Virus record (IMG/VR): IMGVR_UViG_3300031994_000009
Source of the DNA: a virus
Taxonomy: Duplodnaviria > Caudoviricetes
DNA length: 64,000 nt
Reading direction: 5' to 3' (one strand)
Shown here: positions 53,558 through 62,614 of the stretch, piece after piece
How the letters are laid out: each line of letters opens with the position of its first letter
How positions within the stretch are numbered: the first letter of the stretch is position 1
Position numbers and translations under genes: made by a program
The notes under the pieces: model-generated
The model's database searches: none
Seen by the model: the letters and a program-made list of their open reading frames with translations, nothing else
What the model was told of the DNA's origin: nothing

Positions 53558-54642
53558 TGAGCACAACCGATCATTTAATATCAGATAAAGTTTTTCGCAT
53601 GAGCGGAGCATGCTCTACCTTTCTTCCAGGAATCGATGGAAGCACTGGAAACAGGGGACCGATGACATTTCTCGGATCAACAGACTATACAGATCCAGAT
53701 CATTATCTAGGAACAAAAAACATACAATTTATCCTTCCAGTTGAACCGCACACATGGTGTGTTATAAGAAACACATATGGATACACCAAGCCACTTCCAT
53801 TTGACTATATTATCTTTGCCACAAATAATCATACATATCTATTGTACATTATTACTGTAGACAACGAAACACAAAACGGATGGACTGTTACGACTGAACT
53901 TATAGACCAATGGGACACCGATATAGAGGACCCAGATGATCCAGAAATAATAGATGTGACTATAGGAATAATAAACAGACTAATAACAAGAACATATATG
54001 ACAAGAGGACTGTCAACAAACCCTATTCTTGATCAAGATAATATGAAAATTACAGGATATGCAGATAACGCAAAAAATGGTATCATAGAATATGGGTTTA
54101 GATTCAACGTTACATCAAGAAACTCTGAAACTCTTGGGCATTTTAGAATACAGTTGGAATTTAACACGAATTTACAATCACCAGCAATGGACACAATCAT
54201 AGCGGAAAGATTTATTGATCCATCAACAATGATAATCAATAACATCATAATGGAAGATGAACATCAAGAAAGGGAGCTTGAACATTATGATAAAGAGAAA
54301 TTGACATTTAGAGGATATATGGGAAACTATTCTTGTTCAGCAAAACAAGGAGGAGGTTCATATAATTTTGATAGAGAAAAACTTGATAATTTTACTGTCA
54401 TTATAAAAGACTTCAACGAAGGAACAAAAGACAAAAACTTTGCAAGGGATATATGTATACCACGAGTTGTATTAGAACAATCAAGAGCAATAGGACATCC
54501 ATATGTTTGCAAAATATACGGATACGCACACGCACATGATAGAATATATCATAAAATTTACATAGGAGATATATCATCAGAACTATATAATATAATAGAT
54601 GGTATAGCAGACGGTGAACAAAATAACACTTCAAGTGAATAA
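53557..54642 (+). CDS. Hypothetical fibre/baseplate-associated protein
   Basis: N-terminal LPGIDGSTGNRGP. Confidence 0.55.
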   Translation: MSTTDHLISDKVFRMSGACSTFLPGIDGSTGNRGPMTFLGSTDYTDPDHYLGTKNIQFILPVEPHTWCVIRNTYGYTKPLPFDYIIFATNNHTYLLYIITVDNETQNGWTVTTELIDQWDTDIEDPDDPEIIDVTIGIINRLITRTYMTRGLSTNPILDQDNMKITGYADNAKNGIIEYGFRFNVTSRNSETLGHFRIQLEFNTNLQSPAMDTIIAERFIDPSTMIINNIIMEDEHQERELEHYDKEKLTFRGYMGNYSCSAKQGGGSYNFDREKLDNFTVIIKDFNEGTKDKNFARDICIPRVVLEQSRAIGHPYVCKIYGYAHAHDRIYHKIYIGDISSELYNIIDGIADGEQNNTSSE

Positions 54643-54672
54643 AAAAGCCCGATCAAACAATCGGGCCTTTTC
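54641..54672. terminator. Bidirectional intrinsic terminator
   Basis: AAAAAAGCCCGAT...ATCGGGCCTTTT between convergent genes. Confidence 0.8.
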
Positions 54673-54678
54673 TTCATT

Positions 54679-55671
54679 TTATTTTTTTATTTGTCGACGA
54701 ATAGTAGCATATTTTTGTTCAAGATATTTCCAGAATACATCGTAAATGTTCTGTGACGAGAAATTAGCAAACAATGTCGGTCTTGAATTCTTTTTATCCG
54801 TAAATAAATCCCTTAATTGCAAAGCGATATAGTCTTTTGTTTGACAATCAACCCATTCTTGTAATTTTTTCATCTTTACGACATCAATCTTACGATAATC
54901 ATTGTCGTCCCAAGAATACCCAGAATATGTCACATCTGGAGGGAGTGTCTTTACCCTTGCACCTATACAGTACGGCCTCATTTCGAGACTTTCTCCTATT
55001 TCGTTTTGTGGCATATACATATAGTCCATCATATAGATGTTCTTGTAATACTCATCCCCCATATAGTCAATAAAACAACATCCGAGCAAACAATCATCGA
55101 CATGATCGACACCATCCCTGACCTTCATGTTCATATCAGAATACATGTATTTCAACGCATGCTTCAACATACCTTCCATCACAGACTTGTCGAAAATAAG
55201 AAGATCCCCACGAACATAAAGATCGTTACAGAATCTTGTGTTCATGTTAACAATACTGTTTATAGCATTTCCGTAAATTCTGTCCGTTTTGAATAAATTG
55301 ATAGCCGAATCCAACAGCCTCATGTTAAGAAACATCGAAATGTTAATACGAACATACCAGTCATATTTCTCTAACCTGCTGACATAGTCAAAAGCCTTGA
55401 TTGTTTTCTCAAAGGTTCGATACACACTTTCGACATCTTTCACTTTCATCAGATACAAATTTTTGTATTCCTTTGAAGTTTCCACCTCAACTTCATTCTT
55501 TATGGATTCGTCGCACCAGTAGAAATACCAATCATAATTGTGTTTCATATCATCTTTATGATCGTTCTGGTATTTGATCATGGTTTCCTTGATAGCTTCA
55601 AGGTTTCTTGTGCTAGGCTCCATGTTAGCAGCCATAACCATGATAGCAACATTTTTTCTTCTATTTTCCAT
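54679..55671 (-). CDS. Glycosyltransferase-like protein (GT31/Galactosyl_T-like)
   Basis: EKTIKAFDY...YDWYVRIN.S.FLN..LL and HVDDCLLG resemble GT31 blocks, but the canonical DDD is replaced by NIS. Confidence 0.55.
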   Translation of the reverse strand: MENRRKNVAIMVMAANMEPSTRNLEAIKETMIKYQNDHKDDMKHNYDWYFYWCDESIKNEVEVETSKEYKNLYLMKVKDVESVYRTFEKTIKAFDYVSRLEKYDWYVRINISMFLNMRLLDSAINLFKTDRIYGNAINSIVNMNTRFCNDLYVRGDLLIFDKSVMEGMLKHALKYMYSDMNMKVRDGVDHVDDCLLGCCFIDYMGDEYYKNIYMMDYMYMPQNEIGESLEMRPYCIGARVKTLPPDVTYSGYSWDDNDYRKIDVVKMKKLQEWVDCQTKDYIALQLRDLFTDKKNSRPTLFANFSSQNIYDVFWKYLEQKYATIRRQIKK

Positions 55672-56554
55672 CGATCTCAAGTAAATTATATTTCGGTTTA
55701 ACATATTGTTTCGGTAACTTGTTCACAATCACCTCATTATTAGGAACATTGAACATAATTATCGCGTTCTGCCCATCCTTGTAGTTTTCATATCTATCTA
55801 TAATCCTATCCCTTAGCCCAATCTGGTGATCAAAATATTTCCTTGATGACCAGTTGTCAATTTTCTTCCTTATATCCCTTCTTATCCATGATAAATGGTG
55901 CATCTTCACCGTCTGAAAATTAAATATGGCATATTTCACGTTTTTATCGTTAATCTCATACCTTCTGGTAGGATCGCTCGGCTTGTCAAAAGAACCGTTC
56001 TTAAAACTGAACCTGAAACCACTCTCAGATATAAAAGGAACATAACACCTAAATGGCCACACCATTACATGCTGATAGTCCCTGTAATAATTCACATACT
56101 CACAATATGACACCATTATCTCTGGATGTTGATCTATTATATTCTTTGCCTGAAGGAAATCACCAGCGCAATAAAATTCATCACTATCAATAACCATACT
56201 ATGCGAACATTCACAATCATATTGAAGATAGTCGAGTATAAAGTTTCTCTTATCGGTTTCAACCAATCTTGGCGCATGATTCCCCATATCCTCATGCAAA
56301 GTCTTAGGGGTAAACCAGATTATATGATCAACGAGATTCTCTTCTACAAGCTTACCTACATAAGAAACAACAGACTGATCGATTGAGACACCATAATACG
56401 ATTCATTTTGCAAACATATCGTTATCTCGTCAACAAGATCCCTTACTTCTGAAATCATGTTTCTGAGATGGAACACATCGTCAAAAACTATAATCCCATA
56501 CCCAAGCTTCCTGATGACATGGGGTTCTTGAACGTTTGAACTTCCATCAGTCAT
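55661..56554 (-). CDS. GT-A fold glycosyltransferase-like protein
   Basis: E..KRN, the DxD motif in MVIDSDEFY, and MHHLSW.R..I..K..N. Confidence 0.6.
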   Translation of the reverse strand: MTDGSSNVQEPHVIRKLGYGIIVFDDVFHLRNMISEVRDLVDEITICLQNESYYGVSIDQSVVSYVGKLVEENLVDHIIWFTPKTLHEDMGNHAPRLVETDKRNFILDYLQYDCECSHSMVIDSDEFYCAGDFLQAKNIIDQHPEIMVSYCEYVNYYRDYQHVMVWPFRCYVPFISESGFRFSFKNGSFDKPSDPTRRYEINDKNVKYAIFNFQTVKMHHLSWIRRDIRKKIDNWSSRKYFDHQIGLRDRIIDRYENYKDGQNAIIMFNVPNNEVIVNKLPKQYVKPKYNLLEIDGK

Positions 56555-56720
56555 TGAAACGAACAACATAGATTTTATGGGATGTCGGATCTACGATCGA
56601 CTTGTCCTTCGTAAGATCGATCGATCCAACTGGAAAATTAAAATAATTACCTTCTGGCGTGACGACAAACCAATCGTCACTCTCCAGTTCTATATCCGCA
56701 TACAAAATAAGATCTTCCAT
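56547..56720 (-). CDS. Small hypothetical protein (57 aa), not in the ORF track
   Basis: MEDLILYADIELESDDWFVVTPEGNYFNFPVGSIDLTKDKSIVDPTSHKIYVVRFND*; overlaps the glycosyltransferase start. Confidence 0.5.
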   Translation of the reverse strand: MEDLILYADIELESDDWFVVTPEGNYFNFPVGSIDLTKDKSIVDPTSHKIYVVRFND

Positions 56721-56780
56721 TAGAATAAAATCTTTTATAATTTATACTTCCATTTTTTTGTAATCATTAAAAGAGAAAAC

Positions 56781-56821
56781 AAAAAATCGATCAAAAACCT
56801 TTGTAAAGTCTTTGATCGATA
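56781..56821 (-). terminator. Intrinsic terminator after the WG-repeat gene
   Basis: ATCGATCAAA/TTTGATCGAT stem with an A-tract on the + strand. Confidence 0.65.
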
Positions 56822-56852
56822 ATCTTTTTATAATAAGAATTTATTTTTTTCT

Positions 56853-58841
56853 TTATTTTAATTTTCCATTGATATCTATAACATAACGTTTTCCATCTAA
56901 AACAACATGGCCAAAACCATTTTTAAAATCAAAAACTTCATCAAACCATTTATCGGACAAAAGTTTCCCTTCCTTGTTTATGAAGTTCCATTTCCCGTTT
57001 AATTTTACACGCGCAAAACCTTCTTCGAAATCAAAACCTTTATCAAACCATTTATCAGACAAAAGTTTTCCGTCCTTAGTTATGTAATTATATTTCCCGT
57101 TTAATTTGACACACGCAAAACCATCTTTGAAATCATAATCTTCATCAAACCATATATCAGACAGAATTTTTCCTTCCTTGGTTATATAATTCCATTTCCC
57201 GTTTAATTTGACACGACCAAAACCTTCGTTGAAACCAAAAGCATCATCGAACCATTTATCAGACAAAATGTTTCCTTCCTTGTTTATGAAGTTCCATTTC
57301 CCGTTTAAGTTGACACCTGCAAAACCTTCGTTGAAACCAAAAACTTTATCAAACCATTTATCAGACAAAATGTTTCTTTCCTTGTTTATGAAGTTCCATT
57401 TCCCGTTTAAGTTGACACCTGCAAAACCTTCTTTGAAATGATAAACGTTATCAAACCATTTATCAGACAGAAGTTTTCCATCCTTGTTTATGAAGTTCCA
57501 TTTCCCGTTTAATTTTACACACGCAAAACCTTCGTGAAAATTATCAGCTTCATCAAACCATTTATCAAACCGAATTTTCCCTTCCTTGTTTATGAAGTTC
57601 CATTTCCCATTTAATACAACACACGCAAAACCTTCTTCGAAATCATAAGCATAACCAAACCATGTATCAAACCGAATTTTCCCTTCCTTGTTTATGAAGT
57701 TCCATTTCCCGTTTAATTTTACACGCGCAAAACCTTCTTCGAAATCAAAACCTTTATCAAACCATTTATCAAACAGAATTTTTCTCTCCTTGGTTATGAA
57801 ATTCGATTTCCCGTTCAATCGAACTACAGCAATCACATCATCAAACCATGTAACAGTTTCGAATATATCCTTTGGATTTTCACCATTTTCCAGACGTTCC
57901 TTGGCTTCGTCGAACGAAACGATTCCCATGGCCTTAAGTTCTTCCCTCGTGTATGGTTTAAACGTTTCGTAGAACGGGATACCAAGAACATTCTGGACCT
58001 GTTCAGCCGTGTGCAACAGTTCGTTATTCTCGCCATCATGTTCGTGGTTCCACCTAGTGGTGATGATAGTCGGCTCTCCATCAGTATCTATCAGGACGGA
58101 CACCATGCTCAAGCCATAATTGTCCAGAGGGCATCCTTCACCGACTTCCTCCTTTACATTTTCGAACCCGTCCTCAAGGCAGAAATAGAACCTTGAACCG
58201 TACTTTGCGTATGAATCATAGCTACCGTGCGTTACGCACCAGCTTGTGTATTGTCCGTACTTCTCCGCATCCTTCGCCGAGTTTATGGCGACGACGTTGT
58301 ATCTTGTGTTCTTCTTGATCTTTCCAGACAATTGTTGCTGAACCAGCTTGTTATGCTCCCTGCGCTTGTCATTGAGTTCGTTCTTCAACGCATTGAAATT
58401 CATGCCGTTCAAATTGGAGTCAAGAGTCTTGTTGACTTCATCATTGTTATAAGCAAACAGAACAAGCTGTTTGAGGAGCGCAATGTCACTCAGGTTATTG
58501 GAGTCCTCGAAATAGCCCAGCTCGCCTATGGCGATTCTCGCAAGGCCGATTGTGTACTTCTCTGGACCCTTTCCCCTTCTTATGTCAAAATATTGCAGAA
58601 AATCCAGACGGAGGAACATCATGAGATTGGCACCGTTGTCCATGCACTTCTCGAACAGCGTAGAGTTATATTGCTTCAGGCTGGATTTGACGCTTTCTGG
58701 AAGATCAGACACCTTATAATCCAGATAAGGATTCAACGCAGGGGAACAATGCTGCCTTATCACCTTCTTGACATAGTCTGACGCCTTGTCCTCGAACAGC
58801 ACCAAAGACGGAGATGAAAATATAGGGTTCTTGACGAGCAT
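56853..58841 (-). CDS. WG-repeat protein with an N-terminal SWC-motif domain
   Basis: N-terminal domain with YGQYTSWCVT and C-terminal 34-aa WG-type repeats (F.EGFA.V.LNGKWNFINKEG). Confidence 0.8.
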   Translation of the reverse strand: MLVKNPIFSSPSLVLFEDKASDYVKKVIRQHCSPALNPYLDYKVSDLPESVKSSLKQYNSTLFEKCMDNGANLMMFLRLDFLQYFDIRRGKGPEKYTIGLARIAIGELGYFEDSNNLSDIALLKQLVLFAYNNDEVNKTLDSNLNGMNFNALKNELNDKRREHNKLVQQQLSGKIKKNTRYNVVAINSAKDAEKYGQYTSWCVTHGSYDSYAKYGSRFYFCLEDGFENVKEEVGEGCPLDNYGLSMVSVLIDTDGEPTIITTRWNHEHDGENNELLHTAEQVQNVLGIPFYETFKPYTREELKAMGIVSFDEAKERLENGENPKDIFETVTWFDDVIAVVRLNGKSNFITKERKILFDKWFDKGFDFEEGFARVKLNGKWNFINKEGKIRFDTWFGYAYDFEEGFACVVLNGKWNFINKEGKIRFDKWFDEADNFHEGFACVKLNGKWNFINKDGKLLSDKWFDNVYHFKEGFAGVNLNGKWNFINKERNILSDKWFDKVFGFNEGFAGVNLNGKWNFINKEGNILSDKWFDDAFGFNEGFGRVKLNGKWNYITKEGKILSDIWFDEDYDFKDGFACVKLNGKYNYITKDGKLLSDKWFDKGFDFEEGFARVKLNGKWNFINKEGKLLSDKWFDEVFDFKNGFGHVVLDGKRYVIDINGKLK
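56856..57830 (-). repeat. Tandem 102-bp coding repeats (9 units starting at 57764, 57662 ... 56948, plus a degenerate first unit)
   Basis: Exact 102-nt periodicity of TGGTTYG. Units 1 and 8 are identical for 29 residues. Confidence 0.92.
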
Positions 58842-58855
58842 TTCAATTAAATTCT

Positions 58856-59368
58856 TTATTTCATAGTTGCAAGATATTTCCACTTACCGATATCATGCAT
58901 CATATCGTCAAGTTCGTTGACTATTCCTGTATATTGTTCATCACTCTCTATCGAAGCACAAAGCTGTAATGTAACATTAGAAAACTCTTCCAGAACATCG
59001 TTAAGATCAACCATGGTTGTAATTTTAGGAACAATATTGCCAACCTTGATCCTGAATCCACAAATCCCCATAAGGTTTTCTGCTATGGAGTCTTCAAAAG
59101 ACTCTATATCGGAAATCATCGCATCGGTAAGAACGTGTCTGGAATTCCTTTCACTCTCCCAATGTATTTCCCTCAACCTTATTCTCAATCCCTCAAGGTA
59201 CATTATATAATCGAGAACAGCTTCCTGTGGAGATAATGAAGGTTGTTCAACATCTGAACCATTTGCTATCAGCATTATAGCATTCGCCAGACTTTCCTTA
59301 CCATACTTATCTTCTAAAGATTCAAGGAGGACCCTGTCCTGACGAAGCATCCTATTTTGTTTAGACAT
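58856..59368 (-). CDS. Ferritin/Dps-like four-helix protein (DUF5856-like)
   Basis: LEG...RL.EIHW...H.LTD...D.IAE..MG and a C-terminal K.KYL. Confidence 0.7.
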   Translation of the reverse strand: MSKQNRMLRQDRVLLESLEDKYGKESLANAIMLIANGSDVEQPSLSPQEAVLDYIMYLEGLRIRLREIHWESERNSRHVLTDAMISDIESFEDSIAENLMGICGFRIKVGNIVPKITTMVDLNDVLEEFSNVTLQLCASIESDEQYTGIVNELDDMMHDIGKWKYLATMK

Positions 59369-59392
59369 TTATTCACAAAACAATAATTTGTT

Positions 59393-59400
59393 TATTTATC
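59393..59400 (-). promoter_or_regulatory. T4-type late promoter GATAAATA
   Basis: 24 bp upstream of ATG 59368. Confidence 0.7.
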
Positions 59401-59402
59401 TG

Positions 59403-60971
59403 TCAGAACAAAGCTCTTTGACGAAGATCGATCTCAAACGAACTGCATCGAAAACCTCTCGAACGGTACATAGAAAGTCTCTCAATCCCGTGTTTATATG
59501 CATAATTGGCATCATAATAGCCTCCACCATATCTGAAATCATCAACAAAATCAATCATAATTGTTCTTTCCTTCCCTGGAAACATACGCATCCCTCTACC
59601 AAGAATCTGAGCAAGAATGGTATCTGATTTTGTGGTTTCCACCAAAAATATGTTGAACATATTAGCTATGTCGATTCCTTCAGAAAAACAACCCATAGAA
59701 GCAACAATAATGGTATTCCCGCTCATGTCTTCATCCATAGACTTCTTCATCTCTTCGCGGACATTCGACGGAATCGATCCATCGATGTAGAACACGGTTT
59801 TGTCCGTCCCGTCACGAAGACGATCATATATTCGACGACCGTACCCGTTCTCAACATCGGAGAAAATGACAAGGGTGTTCTTTGTCGTCTTGGCTATCAT
59901 ATCACAAATATACCTTAACCTTATCGTGCTGTCCCTGATAATATCCTTCTCATAATTGAGTATCTTGGAACCGACAGTTGGATCATCCTTTTTACTAACA
60001 GCTCTCATCTTATACAAATCATTAAGTGTACTGTCATCAAGATACTTGATAATAAAGCTGTTAACATAAACAGGTGTTGCCGATTTCTTTTGATCGATCA
60101 ACTCACTACTGGACAACCTAAACACAACTGGACCTATATAGGAAGCAAGGACAAAGGCGTCATAACTGTCTTCCTTAGGGAATGTTCCAGTCATCCCAAT
60201 CTTATATTCAGCGTTCACACACTTCTTGACAATTTTCCTTATGCTCACTGAAGTAGCATGATGACACTCATCAACTATAACAGCATCAAACTTCTCGAAA
60301 AACTCTGGTTTCTTTTTGCAAAGCGACTGATAGTTTCCGAAAACAATATTCTCGTCGTATGTGTCCTTTTTCTTCGTTCTTGAATGAACTTCACTATAAT
60401 TCCAATCAGTAATCATCTGATTTTCAGAATCATACTCAACAAATTTCTCTGCAGTCTGTGTTGTCAAATCAGTCTTAGGAGTAACAATCAAGATATGCTG
60501 ATAATTAAGATAATCCTTCATGAACCTGAACAACATATATGCCATCAGAGTCTTTCCCCCAGATGTGCTTACCTCCATACAAGCTTTCTTATATTCAAGC
60601 ATTCTATAGACACCTTCCATCTGATAATCCCTAGGATGCTTTGGAGAATTCTGATAAAGTTGATCGATATATTTCGAGAAAGTCTCATATGATATGGAGC
60701 TGTTTCTTATCTTCTTGTCGAAATCATCCAAGAAACTAATATGGTATCCGAATCTCTTGCATGTATTGATCAAATCTATCCAAAGTCCAACTGGTATCAA
60801 ACCGAACGCATTCATGAACTTCTCGTCGACGATAGCATTCGGGTTCTTACTTTTTATAATGAACCATGAGTTGACCTTCTTCGTGAAACTCAACTTCAAC
60901 TGGTTCATTTCCAATGCGTCACCATCGACATGAATCCATTGCAAATCATCTGTCAATCTTGCAGTAAGCAT
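59403..60971 (-). CDS. uvsW: SF2 DNA helicase UvsW-like
   Basis: PRDYQ, STSGGKT, DECHH, GMTGT, FSEGIDI and QILGRG.R. Confidence 0.88.
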   Translation of the reverse strand: MLTARLTDDLQWIHVDGDALEMNQLKLSFTKKVNSWFIIKSKNPNAIVDEKFMNAFGLIPVGLWIDLINTCKRFGYHISFLDDFDKKIRNSSISYETFSKYIDQLYQNSPKHPRDYQMEGVYRMLEYKKACMEVSTSGGKTLMAYMLFRFMKDYLNYQHILIVTPKTDLTTQTAEKFVEYDSENQMITDWNYSEVHSRTKKKDTYDENIVFGNYQSLCKKKPEFFEKFDAVIVDECHHATSVSIRKIVKKCVNAEYKIGMTGTFPKEDSYDAFVLASYIGPVVFRLSSSELIDQKKSATPVYVNSFIIKYLDDSTLNDLYKMRAVSKKDDPTVGSKILNYEKDIIRDSTIRLRYICDMIAKTTKNTLVIFSDVENGYGRRIYDRLRDGTDKTVFYIDGSIPSNVREEMKKSMDEDMSGNTIIVASMGCFSEGIDIANMFNIFLVETTKSDTILAQILGRGMRMFPGKERTIMIDFVDDFRYGGGYYDANYAYKHGIERLSMYRSRGFRCSSFEIDLRQRALF

Positions 60972-60973
60972 AA

Positions 60974-60987
60974 TGCAAATATACGAA
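60974..60987 (-). promoter_or_regulatory. Bacteroidetes-type host promoter TTCGTATATTTGCA, likely leaderless
   Basis: TATATTTG is followed by only CATT before the uvsW ATG. Confidence 0.72.
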
Positions 60988-61062
60988 TTTTTTATCTAAT
61001 TAGAAAATAATCAACAACTTATTTATAAAAATTTCAAAAATACATATATATCTGAAAAATAG

Positions 61063-61070
61063 CATAAATA
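61063..61070 (+). promoter_or_regulatory. T4-type late promoter CATAAATA
   Basis: 23 bp upstream of ATG 61094. Confidence 0.65.
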
Positions 61071-61093
61071 CAAGAAAGACAAAGATAAAGTAA

Positions 61094-62614
61094 ATGGTTC
61101 CAGCATCCATACAGGAAGCCGCCGTACAATTCGCCAACACCATACTTGGGCAGCTTAACTCAGCAGCTGCGGAAACTGGTGGTGTAGAAGTGTTATGGTT
61201 CAGGTTACAGCCAGACCATCGATCGCAGGATGTCATATTTCAGTCATACACTCTTTATGGTGTAGAGGATTGCCCGTTGAAGTTTAAAGCTATGTATTCA
61301 GATAACTCTTACGATGACGCAACGATTACCTACAACATCATGGGAATCAACTTCGCGATTCCGATGACACTCGACATTGCTTTGGAAACATGGAAAAAAG
61401 TAACATCCGATGACGGGACCATCCCACAAAAAGGAGACATCGTGTTCATACCAATATCCAGAAAACTAATGGAGGTCGTCTCCATGCAGCCGATCAAGTC
61501 CTTGGGCGCCCAGCTGACTGGATACAAAGTGAACCTTTCAATATATACACCAACAAGAAGCAGGATCGTTGGCGAGAATCTGCGTGAAACCATAGAGACT
61601 ACAACCACCAACCTTGAAGAAAGATTCGGAAAAGACATAATAGAGAATGTAGACGATATAGTCGACGACAACCAGCTCGACATCTACACATCAACGTCAC
61701 AAGACAAATACAAAAAACTGAAAGCAGAAAAGACCGAAGAATCAGTCATATCTGAAATCAGGACGATCGAATCGTATAACCTTGTGATCGACGGTCATAC
61801 TGTTTCAAGAAGCCATTATAAAGTGTCTACGGACAGCGGAAAGTTCGTTTCTTACAACGGTTCAGACTCTTTCAGCAAAAAAGACTGGAGGTGTCTGTCA
61901 TGCTGGGTTTTTGCAAACGAGCGAGAGGACAAATCTTTCAAGAACATCAAGGGAGTGATGAACATAATAAAAGAAGATGACAGCACGTTCATAGAAACCA
62001 CAGTAGGAAACAAGTTCAAGGATGGAGATAATGTCGTCATCAAGAGAGGGGTCATATCAATCCCAGGGATCGTTGTAGGACGAAACAGGATAGCCGTAAA
62101 CGGAATATTGATAAAGAATCTGATGAAGGCAATGCCAAACATGGCATCATTGCCAGGGTTTGTTATAACACACGACAACGTACTTAACCTGATAGAAAGC
62201 GATGCTCTCTCAATCAGGATCAAAGGAGGTTCTTTTATTTCTGTGTCGACTCCAGACGGGGAAAGGCTTGTGCAGATGCAAGCACCGATGGAGCAAGAAA
62301 AATGGTATGGGATTGTGGTAAATCTCGGAACAGAAATAGTCGCTGACATATATTCGTCGATCCCAAAACTTGAAAAAATATCAACTTCATCGATAAAAAA
62401 CGATCTATATGACGAAATCAATGTGGAGAACTACTACATAACTGGTTCCGAAGAAAGGATAACGAACATCAGGCTATACAAGACAAGGAACACAGACATA
62501 GACAAGCAGATGACAGATCTTGCTTCTTACAACATCAGAAATAACAGCGAGGCCATTGTCAACGACAGCGCGGACATATACCTCAACAAACCATATACAG
62601 GGAGACAAAGATAA
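61094..62614 (+). CDS. Neck/head-closure protein (T4 gp14-like) with a C-terminal extension
   Basis: D.IF..Y and PQKGDIVFIP...LMEV resemble gp14 (P.EGDLIY.P...LFEI). The C-terminal beta domain is LamG-like. Confidence 0.6.
   Translation: MVPASIQEAAVQFANTILGQLNSAAAETGGVEVLWFRLQPDHRSQDVIFQSYTLYGVEDCPLKFKAMYSDNSYDDATITYNIMGINFAIPMTLDIALETWKKVTSDDGTIPQKGDIVFIPISRKLMEVVSMQPIKSLGAQLTGYKVNLSIYTPTRSRIVGENLRETIETTTTNLEERFGKDIIENVDDIVDDNQLDIYTSTSQDKYKKLKAEKTEESVISEIRTIESYNLVIDGHTVSRSHYKVSTDSGKFVSYNGSDSFSKKDWRCLSCWVFANEREDKSFKNIKGVMNIIKEDDSTFIETTVGNKFKDGDNVVIKRGVISIPGIVVGRNRIAVNGILIKNLMKAMPNMASLPGFVITHDNVLNLIESDALSIRIKGGSFISVSTPDGERLVQMQAPMEQEKWYGIVVNLGTEIVADIYSSIPKLEKISTSSIKNDLYDEINVENYYITGSEERITNIRLYKTRNTDIDKQMTDLASYNIRNNSEAIVNDSADIYLNKPYTGRQR

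Noticed and set aside
56856-57830. CRISPR array
   Set aside because: The 102-bp repeats are in-frame coding units with no unique spacers, and there are no cas genes.
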